DNA from: Bdellovibrionota bacterium
GTDB lineage: Bacteria; Bdellovibrionota_C; UBA2361; JBIKUX01
NCBI GenBank assembly: GCA_044347345.1
Contig: JBIKUX010000022.1
Span: 1 to 43,466, forward strand
Reading direction: 5' to 3'
DNA: 43,466 nt
Below, in pieces: positions 8,650 through 16,924 of the stretch. Both the position numbers and the translations under genes were made by a program. Position 1 is the stretch's first letter; every line of letters begins with the position of its first letter. Below the pieces are notes generated by a model. It did no database searches, was not told the DNA's origin, and was given only the letters and a program-made list of their open reading frames with translations.

Positions 8650-10552
8650 ATCTCTTTCCACCAAGCAAAGGTGGCTGAGTGTTCTCAGCAATTGGATCAC
8701 CATGGGAACGATCTCAGCACTGCTCTGGTGCCTTCAACTCAGCATCGTAGTTGATCGACTCAGCGATTCAATCAACGAACCTAGTACGTTTTTTCACCTC
8801 GTAAACCATCTTTTTCTCGCCTCCCTCATCCTCATCTCAACATTACTTCGTCAGGAAAGTGAGAACTCAAATGTAATCTCTGTGGTAGCTGCTCGGCTCC
8901 TTCAGTTTCTATGTGGTGGTATATTGGTGACAAGCCTCTTTACTACGGGCAAGCTTGACGCTTGGTCGCTGGGTAGGTTGAGCCAGATTACCCATCCCGT
9001 TAGAGCAACACTTTTGGGAGTTTTCTTTCTTGCGCTCGGTATCTCGCTTATGATACCAGCGTTTCTTTCCCGACGAGAAACACCGGTATTTGAGGGAGGT
9101 AACGGCTCGTTTAGAGTGGTGTCGCTGCCCCGGTTTCTGTATATCCTCAGCGGGATCGGGTTCCTCCTGTACAGCGGGTATCTCTTCGGTGTAATGACTG
9201 GTGATAGTTGGCTGTCTATCGTCGGTATTGGAGTCATAGCCTCCACATTTCTTGTGTGGGGATGCTGCTTAGCCATTCGTCTCCTAGATCTTGTATCTCC
9301 CGTTGATGCCGTTAAGCTGCGACCTTATCTCGGTACTATACTCATAGCCGGCGTGTGTAGCGTGTTTGTTCTTCCTTTCGAACGTAGTGGACGTAGTGTC
9401 GCCTTACTCCATCTCCTCCTCTTCTGGTTGCCGTTTGGTTTATTGGTATGCCGCGCAATCATTGCGAATCGTTACAATCTGGGGACTCCCTCCAGATTTG
9501 CAGAATACCTGTTCCTTGTAACGGTATGGTCAGTGGCGGTAGTGATGCACGGCGTAGGCATTGTGAGTGGAACGACAGTCAGTGTGATGCTGTCAGGATT
9601 CTCGGGTGCGCTACTCTTAAGCTGTACCGCTCTCTCAGCGGTAGCGCTCGCGATGAGCAAACGGTGGGAAGAGGTAATGCCCCACTACCGTACAATCGGA
9701 AATGTAGGGTATGCAATCTGTTGCCTCGCTGCCGTTTCGGTGATAGCAGCTGTTTTAAGCTGGTCGGTCATCACAGATGGAATACGATATTTTTCCGCTT
9801 CAAAGATGCACCCAGTTTTTTTTATAACCCTACTTTGGCTTTTTACTTACCTTGGAACAGGCGCTTTGTTGGGATCAGTAATCGTCGGAAAGTCGATCCG
9901 CAACTTTGTCGAAATGATCGGAACGGATAGTGCAAACACACCCGAGGATTCTGCTAAATCGAATTTCGCCAACGAGCTTGAGTATGTTTTTGCGCGGGAG
10001 AAAGGAGAACCCGAGGAAGCAGATCACCCCGTCTCTATTCTAGTATGGATTATAATTATCGCCGCCGTGAGTTGGGGAAGTTGTTATGTAATCCTCTTTT
10101 CTGGCGACGGATCCGTAGGTGGAGGAGACTCCCGCACCACGACTACTCCCGAGAACAGCCCGAGTGTCGCCGCTGTTCCGGCCGGAGTACGTGGGGAGAT
10201 TGTATTTAACACCGTATGTGCCGCCTGTCATCAACAGAATGGTGCAGGGTTGCCGGGTGCCTTCCCACCGCTCAATGGTTCGCCCTGGGTCACCGGAGCA
10301 GCTTCAATCCCAGTAAAGATCGTCCTTGGTGGACTCACTGGTCCGATTGAAGTGAAAGGTAACCTGTATAACGGCCAGATGCCCGCCTTCGGCACGCAGT
10401 TAAATGATGAAGAAATCGTCGCCGTAGTAACTTACATTCGTTCCGCTTGGGGCAATTCCGCTCCCGCAGTTTCGAAAGAAGAAGTTGCCCGGCTACGTGC
10501 AGAGACAGCCGGTAGAGGGACAGCATGGACGGCCGAGGAGCTCAAGAAGTAA
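8642..10552 (+). CDS. Multi-TM CcoN-like (degenerate) domain fused to C-terminal monoheme cytochrome c
   Basis: About 12-13 hydrophobic segments with colinear similarity to the adjacent CcoN; C-terminal CAACHQQNGAGLPGAFPPL...NGQMPAF...YIRSAWGN class I cytochrome c. Confidence 0.8.
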   Translation: MNESLSTKQRWLSVLSNWITMGTISALLWCLQLSIVVDRLSDSINEPSTFFHLVNHLFLASLILISTLLRQESENSNVISVVAARLLQFLCGGILVTSLFTTGKLDAWSLGRLSQITHPVRATLLGVFFLALGISLMIPAFLSRRETPVFEGGNGSFRVVSLPRFLYILSGIGFLLYSGYLFGVMTGDSWLSIVGIGVIASTFLVWGCCLAIRLLDLVSPVDAVKLRPYLGTILIAGVCSVFVLPFERSGRSVALLHLLLFWLPFGLLVCRAIIANRYNLGTPSRFAEYLFLVTVWSVAVVMHGVGIVSGTTVSVMLSGFSGALLLSCTALSAVALAMSKRWEEVMPHYRTIGNVGYAICCLAAVSVIAAVLSWSVITDGIRYFSASKMHPVFFITLLWLFTYLGTGALLGSVIVGKSIRNFVEMIGTDSANTPEDSAKSNFANELEYVFAREKGEPEEADHPVSILVWIIIIAAVSWGSCYVILFSGDGSVGGGDSRTTTTPENSPSVAAVPAGVRGEIVFNTVCAACHQQNGAGLPGAFPPLNGSPWVTGAASIPVKIVLGGLTGPIEVKGNLYNGQMPAFGTQLNDEEIVAVVTYIRSAWGNSAPAVSKEEVARLRAETAGRGTAWTAEELKK

Positions 10553-11604
10553 AACCTGTTACATTAAATCAACCGGTTCTTGTGGTCGGAATGTGGTGTG
10601 CATCCTGTGCTCATCGCGCCACGAGTACTCTCACCCGCTTAACAGGAGCATCAGAGGCACGGTTTCGACCTGGCACCTCCATTATTGACCTTGTGCATCC
10701 TAGGGTTCCTCTTATCGCGGTGCCCTCTTCAATGGAACATCTCTCATTTTTTCCGCTAAACCAAGCTGAAGCGGCTCAGGTAGCCCACAAGGAGCGTGCA
10801 AACAGCGATGGGAAAGAGCTTACCGTTAGCTCCTTTATCGTCATGTGGATCATGACGCTTACTTGGGTTACCTACCTATCCCCACAGGGGAGCTATCCGA
10901 AAGCAATACCACTAGTTGTAATGGGGCTATACGCGCTACTTCTGTGGATCTGGCTCCCGCGCCTTACACGACTAGCGTGGTACTCCATCCAAACACGACA
11001 AGTTAGCGTTGAATCGCTCATCTGCCTTGAGCTGTTGAGTGTTGTCACACTTTCAGCTCACTCAATCTTTTCCTCTTGCCCCGAGATTTTATACATCGAC
11101 TCGGCCGCAATGAGCCTCCTAATCGTGCAATGGGCTCGCTTTTTTACGCAAAACCTCCTCCTCACCCAATCGCTCGCTTCACTCCACCTTTCTCATGAGT
11201 ACACCACTCAAGAAATAGCACCAACGCTAACGGTCGAAAAGCAAGTCAAACGAGTTTTTGCCCTTGTGTCGCTCTACGCTGGCGTGCTCTTCGTTACGTC
11301 AGCGTTTACCAGTAATATCGAAAGTACAATTCCATTTCTCATCATTCTTCCCATCGTGACCTGCCCATGCTTACTGTGGTCGTTCCTTCAATGGCTTGAG
11401 GGAACACCACAGCGGCTATGGAATCGAACAACGATAGGACTCATTGCGACTGCAGCAATGGCTACCTATAATTCACTCATGGTAAGCCTTGCCTTTGTCG
11501 GCAGTCTGTCACCGATGTTGTTATCCATCGGAATGTTCGCGCTCTTGGGGTTTTTTCTATGCCTTTTAGTTTGCTCCCAAGGACGAATGGCAGCCCGCCA
11601 GTAG
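10525..11604 (+). CDS. CcoI-like P1B copper ATPase derivative lacking A, N and P domains
   Basis: HMA motif GMWCASC; YIDSAAM, IVTCPC, YNSLMVSLA and SPMLLSIGM match P1B TM motifs; no TGE, DKTGT or GDGxND; only 359 aa. Confidence 0.75.
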   Translation: MDGRGAQEVKPVTLNQPVLVVGMWCASCAHRATSTLTRLTGASEARFRPGTSIIDLVHPRVPLIAVPSSMEHLSFFPLNQAEAAQVAHKERANSDGKELTVSSFIVMWIMTLTWVTYLSPQGSYPKAIPLVVMGLYALLLWIWLPRLTRLAWYSIQTRQVSVESLICLELLSVVTLSAHSIFSSCPEILYIDSAAMSLLIVQWARFFTQNLLLTQSLASLHLSHEYTTQEIAPTLTVEKQVKRVFALVSLYAGVLFVTSAFTSNIESTIPFLIILPIVTCPCLLWSFLQWLEGTPQRLWNRTTIGLIATAAMATYNSLMVSLAFVGSLSPMLLSIGMFALLGFFLCLLVCSQGRMAARQ

Positions 11605-11889
11605 TTGTTGGGAAGACTGGGGGCGATGTAATTCATCATATCTCCCTTACAGTTTAGAGCCCCCCATCAAAAATTATGTATCATACTCCATGATTCCTAT
11701 ACGGCGGCGTAACAGGTAAGGACGGGCCAAGTACGAGTAGAAAAACCATAACCCCCTATCGATTTGATTAGGTAATACCCCAGAGAGACATGCCATGTTG
11801 TTGTGGCGTTACTGTGGTGTTTTTGGAAGCCATGTGGCTCTCTCTGTCGAGGCTAGGAACGGGCTAAGTCAGGTGAGGAAGTAACATCA

Positions 11890-12190
11890 GCATGGTTGAT
11901 GTAAGGCTTATCCCCTGCTTAAGGTTTACAGCTAGAGCATTGTGACGCTTTTTCTGTTCAGGATGTACACGGTTCGGACCTATATTTAGTTTAAGCCTAA
12001 TTCCTGAAACAAACTGGTCTGTTCGTCGAAAAATAATTTTTGCATACACGCGCTAAAAGAAGCGCAAGAAAGGTATTTCTGCACCTCAGATGTTTAATAA
12101 GAACCAGAGAGGATTGAATCTATTGATGAATCTTTTGTTGGTATGAGGGAAGAGGGATTAAAGGTGTTGGCAGCACAATAACTCAAAACA
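11890..12190 (+). pseudogene. Decayed IS1595-family transposase fragment
   Basis: Frame from 11946 reads RFFCSGCTRFGPIFSLSLIPETNW...*KKRKKGISAPQM; a shifted frame reads ESIDESFVG; compare IS1595 'CxxC..F...GTIF..S..P...W...KKGISA.Q' and 'EIDESYVG'; contains stops and frameshifts. Confidence 0.55.
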
Positions 12191-12198
12191 AAAATGAG

Positions 12199-12317
12199 CA
12201 TAGCTAGAGACAACATAGCTAGAGACAACATAGCTAGAGGACAACATAGCCAGAGGACAGCCTGGCTAGAGACAGCATAGCCATCTGGCTAGAGGACAGC
12301 ATAGCCAGAAACGACAA
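12199..12317. repeat. Degenerate 15-16 bp tandem repeat (CATAGCTAGAGACAA unit, about 7 copies)
   Basis: catagctagagacaa x2, catagctagaggacaa, catagccagaggacag, then progressively degenerate copies; no unique spacers. Confidence 0.9.
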
Positions 12318-12510
12318 GGTAAGGCTCTAGATAACATCTTTGTTGAGCGTCTTTAACGCCATTTTTGTGTGAGAATACATATATTTCAAGAAATATCGAG
12401 AGGGTCTTGACGCTGAGATGCACATTTGGAAGATACATGAGGCCTTGCAACAAAGATTGCCCGCATTAAGGATTATGACATTGGATAGGACTTACTCTGC
12501 GGTGCACTGT
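12318..12510 (+). mobile_element. IS3-family transposase remnant, 3' part (OrfB C-terminus)
   Basis: GKALDNIFVERL*R, then EYIYFKKY, CNKDCPH*GL and DRTYSAVH across frameshifts; matches IS3 OrfB 'GRALDNIFVERLWRSVKYE.IYLK.Y...YN..RPH.GL..RTP..VY'. Confidence 0.7.
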
Positions 12511-12609
12511 TTGCTAAAGTGTAGTTGTGAGGAGCAGCGAGAGAAAGCGGTAAGTGGTAAGTAACACTCAAGGGAATAACCCCTATCGCAAATAACTCCT
12601 GTCACCGTA

Positions 12610-12664
12610 GTAGAGACGTTTCGTAAGTAGAGACGTTTCGTAAGTAGAGACGTTTCGTAAACGT
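12610..12664. repeat. Three perfect tandem copies of 17-mer GTAGAGACGTTTCGTAA (GTAG-REP-like)
   Basis: Copies at 12610, 12627 and 12644; last copy continues into ACGTTT-CGT-AAACGT hairpin. Confidence 0.9.
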
Positions 12665-12721
12665 GGACGTAAATGATTCAGATAAACAGAGCTCACTTCA
12701 GTTAAAATATCACTTAAGGTC

Positions 12722-13096
12722 ATGTCAAAAATAAAATTCTTAAAAGTAATTTTGTTTGTCCTCTTTATAATGGCGCCCAGTGTTATTAATTTTAGTGTGG
12801 CAGATCTCCAAACTCTCGCTCAAACTGATACGAAGCCCATTGTAGGAAATTCTTTATACTGCGCTTCAATCCTCCCATGTGACGAAAAAGGCGAACTTTT
12901 ACCGGAATTTAACAATCCTATTGATGGGTGCCATACTTATTTTCTAAACCAATGTGAAAAGGCCAAGGTACAATTAAAAAAAGAGAGTGAGTGTGCTGAA
13001 GCTATTAAAGTAACAAAAACTCTTCGTAGAGAACTTACTCAACTAAAAAAAAGATTTAGTCATTTGAGAAGAAAATCTCGCCAAGACTTGCGATGA
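12722..13096 (+). CDS. Hypothetical secreted Cys-containing protein
   Basis: Basic-hydrophobic N-terminal signal-like segment, 5 Cys, basic coiled-coil C-terminus; AAGG SD. Confidence 0.6.
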   Translation: MSKIKFLKVILFVLFIMAPSVINFSVADLQTLAQTDTKPIVGNSLYCASILPCDEKGELLPEFNNPIDGCHTYFLNQCEKAKVQLKKESECAEAIKVTKTLRRELTQLKKRFSHLRRKSRQDLR

Positions 13097-13156
13097 TAAA
13101 GATTCTGAGCCATATTACAGGGGTCTTTAATTCTCAAAATTCTTGGAGTCTTTCTC

Positions 13157-13477
13157 GTGGCCGTTACTCTTCGTTTAGCTCGATTTGGTGTAAAAAAACG
13201 CCCTTTTTATCGTATTGTAGCGGCTGAAAAAACTTCTAGGCGAGACGGAAAGTTTTTAGATGTCGTAGGTAATTACAACCCTATGAGGTCACCAGCATTA
13301 GTTAACTTAAACGAAGAAAAAGTTAAAAGATGGATTTCCGTCGGCGCTCAAACCTCTGCGCAGGTTCTAGCCTTAATAAAAGTGCATATACCAGGATTCA
13401 TCGAAGCAAAAGAAGAAGCTAAGCGAAACAAAATTCGAGAAGCGCGCAAAAACAGAAAAGCTAGAGCAAACAAGTAA
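13157..13477 (+). CDS. rpsP: 30S ribosomal protein S16
   Basis: AVTLRLARFGVKKRPFYRIVAA...RDGKFLDVVGNYNP. Confidence 0.97.
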   Translation: MAVTLRLARFGVKKRPFYRIVAAEKTSRRDGKFLDVVGNYNPMRSPALVNLNEEKVKRWISVGAQTSAQVLALIKVHIPGFIEAKEEAKRNKIREARKNRKARANK

Positions 13478-13520
13478 AGTTACCGTAAACAGCAAGTTTT
13501 TTTGAACGGATTAAGAGCAC

Positions 13521-14240
13521 ATGAATATATCAGTGCTCACTGTATTTCCTGAATTATTAGAGTCTTTTTTTAATACGGGCATCATTGGGAAAGCTCGTGC
13601 TTCGGGTCTTCTAACCCTAAACACTGTTGATATAAAAAAATATACTTTTCCACCTCACTCTCGGATAGATGACATTCCTTTCGGTGGAGGCCCGGGAATG
13701 GTTATGAAGGCTGAACCTATTGTGTCGGCCATGGAGCACTCTAGGCTCAGTATGCCTAGTAAAACCTACACAATCGCGCTTGCACCAGGTGGCCTGCCTT
13801 TTTGTCAAATAAAAGCTAGAGAGTTAGCTCAATTTGAGGGTTTAATGTTTATCTGCGGTCGGTACGAAGGCATCGATGCGCGAGTTTTTGAATTCGGAGT
13901 TGATGAGGTTGTCTCCGTTGGTGACTACGTCATGATGGGGGGTGAGGTAGGGTCTATGGCAATTATTGAAGCTACGACTCGGCTCATACCGGGCATACTT
14001 GGAAATAAATTATCAATCTTAGAGGAATCATTCAGTGAACAAGAAAATCGGACTACACCATTTTTAGAAGCCCCTCAGTACACTCGTCCTCGAGTTTTTA
14101 GGGGATATTCAGTGCCAGAAGTTTTAGTTTCTGGCAACCATCAAGATATTAGTAATTGGCGTAAGGAAGAGGGTCTTAAAAGAACTGCTAAATTACGTCC
14201 TGACTTATTGACCCATAAACATAGTAACATAAAATCATGA
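13521..14240 (+). CDS. trmD: tRNA (guanine37-N1)-methyltransferase
   Basis: LTVFPE, DDIPFGGGPGMVM, CGRYEGIDAR, SVGDYVMMGGE, PQYTRP, VSGNH. Confidence 0.97.
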   Translation: MNISVLTVFPELLESFFNTGIIGKARASGLLTLNTVDIKKYTFPPHSRIDDIPFGGGPGMVMKAEPIVSAMEHSRLSMPSKTYTIALAPGGLPFCQIKARELAQFEGLMFICGRYEGIDARVFEFGVDEVVSVGDYVMMGGEVGSMAIIEATTRLIPGILGNKLSILEESFSEQENRTTPFLEAPQYTRPRVFRGYSVPEVLVSGNHQDISNWRKEEGLKRTAKLRPDLLTHKHSNIKS

Positions 14241-14812
14241 GCTTTTACGTCGCTTTACTTCATGAAGGAATGCACGACAAATCAGGTAAAACGGCTGTTA
14301 CCACGTCAATAACTCCTATAGACATTCACGATATAGCTCGCTCTTGCAGAACTTTTGGCGTCAGTAAATTCTTTGTTGCTCACCCATCTCCGGTAATGCG
14401 CAAACTCGCTCGCACTCTTACAACTCACTGGACTGAAGGATTTGGCTCTGAATATAATCCAAATAGAACTGAAGCAGTAAAATTCGTCCAACTAGTTGAA
14501 GATTTAGACGAGGCAATAAGTAACATATTTGAATATGAGAACTGTCTCCCCGTAATAATCGCGACATCTGCTCAGGATGGCATCAACAGACAATCCTTTT
14601 CTAAGATGCGTGAGGATCTCATTTATTCCAAGAGTCCTCACCTTTTATTACTGGGAACTGGATGGGGAATGAATGAAGAGCTACTAAACCGTGCTTCAAT
14701 TTTTCTCGAGCCAATAAGAGGTGTAAAAACTAAGGTAACAAATCACTATAATCACCTTTCGGTACGCGCCGCCGCGGCAATTATTCTTGAGCGCCTCCTG
14801 TCGCCTAGCTAA
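14237..14812 (+). CDS. SPOUT-family RNA methyltransferase (TrmD-associated, DUF2168-like)
   Basis: DIHDIARSCRTFG, ATSA, LGTGWG, YNHLSVRAAAAIILERL; ATGA overlap with trmD. Confidence 0.85.
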   Translation: MSFYVALLHEGMHDKSGKTAVTTSITPIDIHDIARSCRTFGVSKFFVAHPSPVMRKLARTLTTHWTEGFGSEYNPNRTEAVKFVQLVEDLDEAISNIFEYENCLPVIIATSAQDGINRQSFSKMREDLIYSKSPHLLLLGTGWGMNEELLNRASIFLEPIRGVKTKVTNHYNHLSVRAAAAIILERLLSPS

Positions 14813-14933
14813 ACATCTATTGTACGATAATTAGTCACGTCGTAGCATTTATGCTACAGACAAAAAGAAATAATTGATTAAACTTATATCGTATTATCAG
14901 TTGGTTCTATTGTTACTACGCCAGACTTGAGTG

Positions 14934-14949
14934 TGGATCGTCTATTGCA
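14934..14949 (+). promoter_or_regulatory. Putative sigma54 promoter
   Basis: TGGATCG-TCTA-TTGCA with exact GG-N10-GC spacing, 67 bp upstream of ORF 15017. Confidence 0.4.
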
Positions 14950-15016
14950 ATTTATTGAAGCATCCTCTGGGTAAGAGAGGATAGAAGATAAAGGTACGCT
15001 AAAAGGGAGTTGCCAA

Positions 15017-15451
15017 ATGGCACACGGAACTGTTGGTCTAGGACTATTTTCCACATCAATTGAAGCATTACGTTATCAAATTACTCATCTCCTTGAGGGG
15101 CTTGGCGGGAAAGAGGCAATAACTCTTCTTGACCTCCTTGCCGAACTCAGTGAAAAAGAGCGCAACTCAGTATTAAATGTTTTCATTCAGGTCGTTAAAG
15201 ATATCCTCACTGGAAACACAAGAGTTTCATCTGAAGAGGATCGCGAAGAGAGTCGAATGGTTGAAAAAATCACAGGGGATATACTGCGAGCCTTAAGAGT
15301 CCGAGGTAATCCAGTCGGCGCCTTAGCAGTTTGTGATAATGTAAAATCTATTAGGTCGCGGGAAACTACCCAACAAGCAAAAAAAACCTCACGATTAGTA
15401 AATTTAGAGGATTTTCGAACCTCACGCCGACCCCAATCAGCCTTAGAATAA
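15017..15451 (+). CDS. Hypothetical helical protein
   Basis: 144-aa ORF, AGGGAG SD, no recognisable family. Confidence 0.7.
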   Translation: MAHGTVGLGLFSTSIEALRYQITHLLEGLGGKEAITLLDLLAELSEKERNSVLNVFIQVVKDILTGNTRVSSEEDREESRMVEKITGDILRALRVRGNPVGALAVCDNVKSIRSRETTQQAKKTSRLVNLEDFRTSRRPQSALE

Positions 15452-15506
15452 TCGTTTAGTTTGCGCAGATTTCAAAGATCTTGGTTTTATTGTCGAAGAT
15501 ATTTCT

Positions 15507-16769
15507 TTGTCAAAGCGCGTCGGTTATGGTTTAGATATGACGTCGCGAATTTTTATTATTCTGTTTCTATTTAATTTAGCAACGGCAATGCATTTAACAG
15601 GATGCAGTGCCTCAGAGCCAAAAGAGGCAAAACCTCAAGAGCTAAAGTCAGCCTCATCACGAGCCGTTCAGGTACCACAAGATGGGCTTCTCGAAGAGGC
15701 AAAGCGGTTTTACCTATCTGGACTTTTTTCATTAGCTCGAGAAAAATTTCTTTCATTAGCTGAATCTTATCCAAATGGTCCTTATGCTGACTTTGCCCTC
15801 CTTAAGTCAGCCGACTCTTTATATCAGCAAGGTGATTTTGAAGAAGCAACAAAAGAATATGAAAGTTTTTGTAATAATCACCCTTCTTCAGCCTCTTTAG
15901 CTTATGCCCTATACAAAGCGGGTAGAAGCGCGCAACTTTCGAGTGGTGGAGTCGGTAGAGATGCCACTCCACTCGAACGAGCAAAGCAATTTTTTAGTAA
16001 GCTAGAAAAACAGTTTCCAGATAGTCTGTACGCTGTCCTAGCAAGCCGAGAGCAACTAGCCGTGCTAAAAGAGTTAGCGGCTCATGAACATTTTGTGTCT
16101 GATTTCTATTCTCAGCAAGATGCAGAATCAGCCGCTGATGCAAGAGCCACAGCTGCGGCTAGATTTGAGAGAGAGATTGTCATGACTAAACGCGCCTCAT
16201 CTAATGAAAAAACAAGGCTTAAATCTACAACCCGACCCGATTCAACAGATGCAATTCGTGCTAGTGCACGATATCCCTCACTATCCAAAAAAGCTCGGTT
16301 GGAAGCCCCCAAAATTACCCAAGCCATAAGAATCAATCCAGTTACTCAAAATAAGCAGCTTTACAATCAGCCCATAAATACCAAAAATAACCCTAAATTC
16401 AACGATTCACAAAAAATAGAGATAACATCTGAACTGCGCGATAATGAATTCATAGCAACTGATTCTCAGGGCTCAATAATAGGTAAAATTGAGTGCTCAG
16501 ATAGTCCTCAAAAGTTTATATTCTTAGGAACCTCAAAGAAAATTAGCGATGAAAGCTTCTTAAGTTTAAATAGGCGCATTGTAGGAAAAAACGGCTTACT
16601 AACTTTATCCATCCCGAATGTAACTACTAGGCCGCGTACTATAAACTGTTTCGGGGAAAATGACCTTATTGTCTCATCAGACGGGTTAATCACTCTCACT
16701 GGAGCTAAAGAAGCACTCCTAATGAGTGTTGATTCCCCACCTCGTCTGGTAATATCTATACTTAGATAA
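15507..16769 (+). CDS. bamD: BamD/ComL-like TPR lipoprotein with C-terminal extension
   Basis: Lipobox LTGC; YPNGPYADFALLKSADSLY, HPSS, LAAHEHFVSDFY match BamD TPR pattern; real start probably ATG 15537. Confidence 0.7.
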   Translation: MSKRVGYGLDMTSRIFIILFLFNLATAMHLTGCSASEPKEAKPQELKSASSRAVQVPQDGLLEEAKRFYLSGLFSLAREKFLSLAESYPNGPYADFALLKSADSLYQQGDFEEATKEYESFCNNHPSSASLAYALYKAGRSAQLSSGGVGRDATPLERAKQFFSKLEKQFPDSLYAVLASREQLAVLKELAAHEHFVSDFYSQQDAESAADARATAAARFEREIVMTKRASSNEKTRLKSTTRPDSTDAIRASARYPSLSKKARLEAPKITQAIRINPVTQNKQLYNQPINTKNNPKFNDSQKIEITSELRDNEFIATDSQGSIIGKIECSDSPQKFIFLGTSKKISDESFLSLNRRIVGKNGLLTLSIPNVTTRPRTINCFGENDLIVSSDGLITLTGAKEALLMSVDSPPRLVISILR

Positions 16770-16924
16770 TTCTCCAAGTTAACCATGGAATCCGCATTAA
16801 ACCTGTATATCACTTAATTCCTTAATTAGGATTTTAAGATTTTAAGTATCAAAGTTAGAGGTTAACCATTTGTTCTATCATTCACTACTTTCGCTGATCA
16901 AGTATTAGGGTAAAGTATAGAGGT

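Noticed and set aside
11864-12049. 61-aa minus-strand ORF
   Set aside because: Antisense to the IS1595-like relic, no motifs
12199-12664. Tandem repeats as a possible CRISPR array for the csm genes
   Set aside because: Units are 15-17 bp and head-to-tail with no unique spacers
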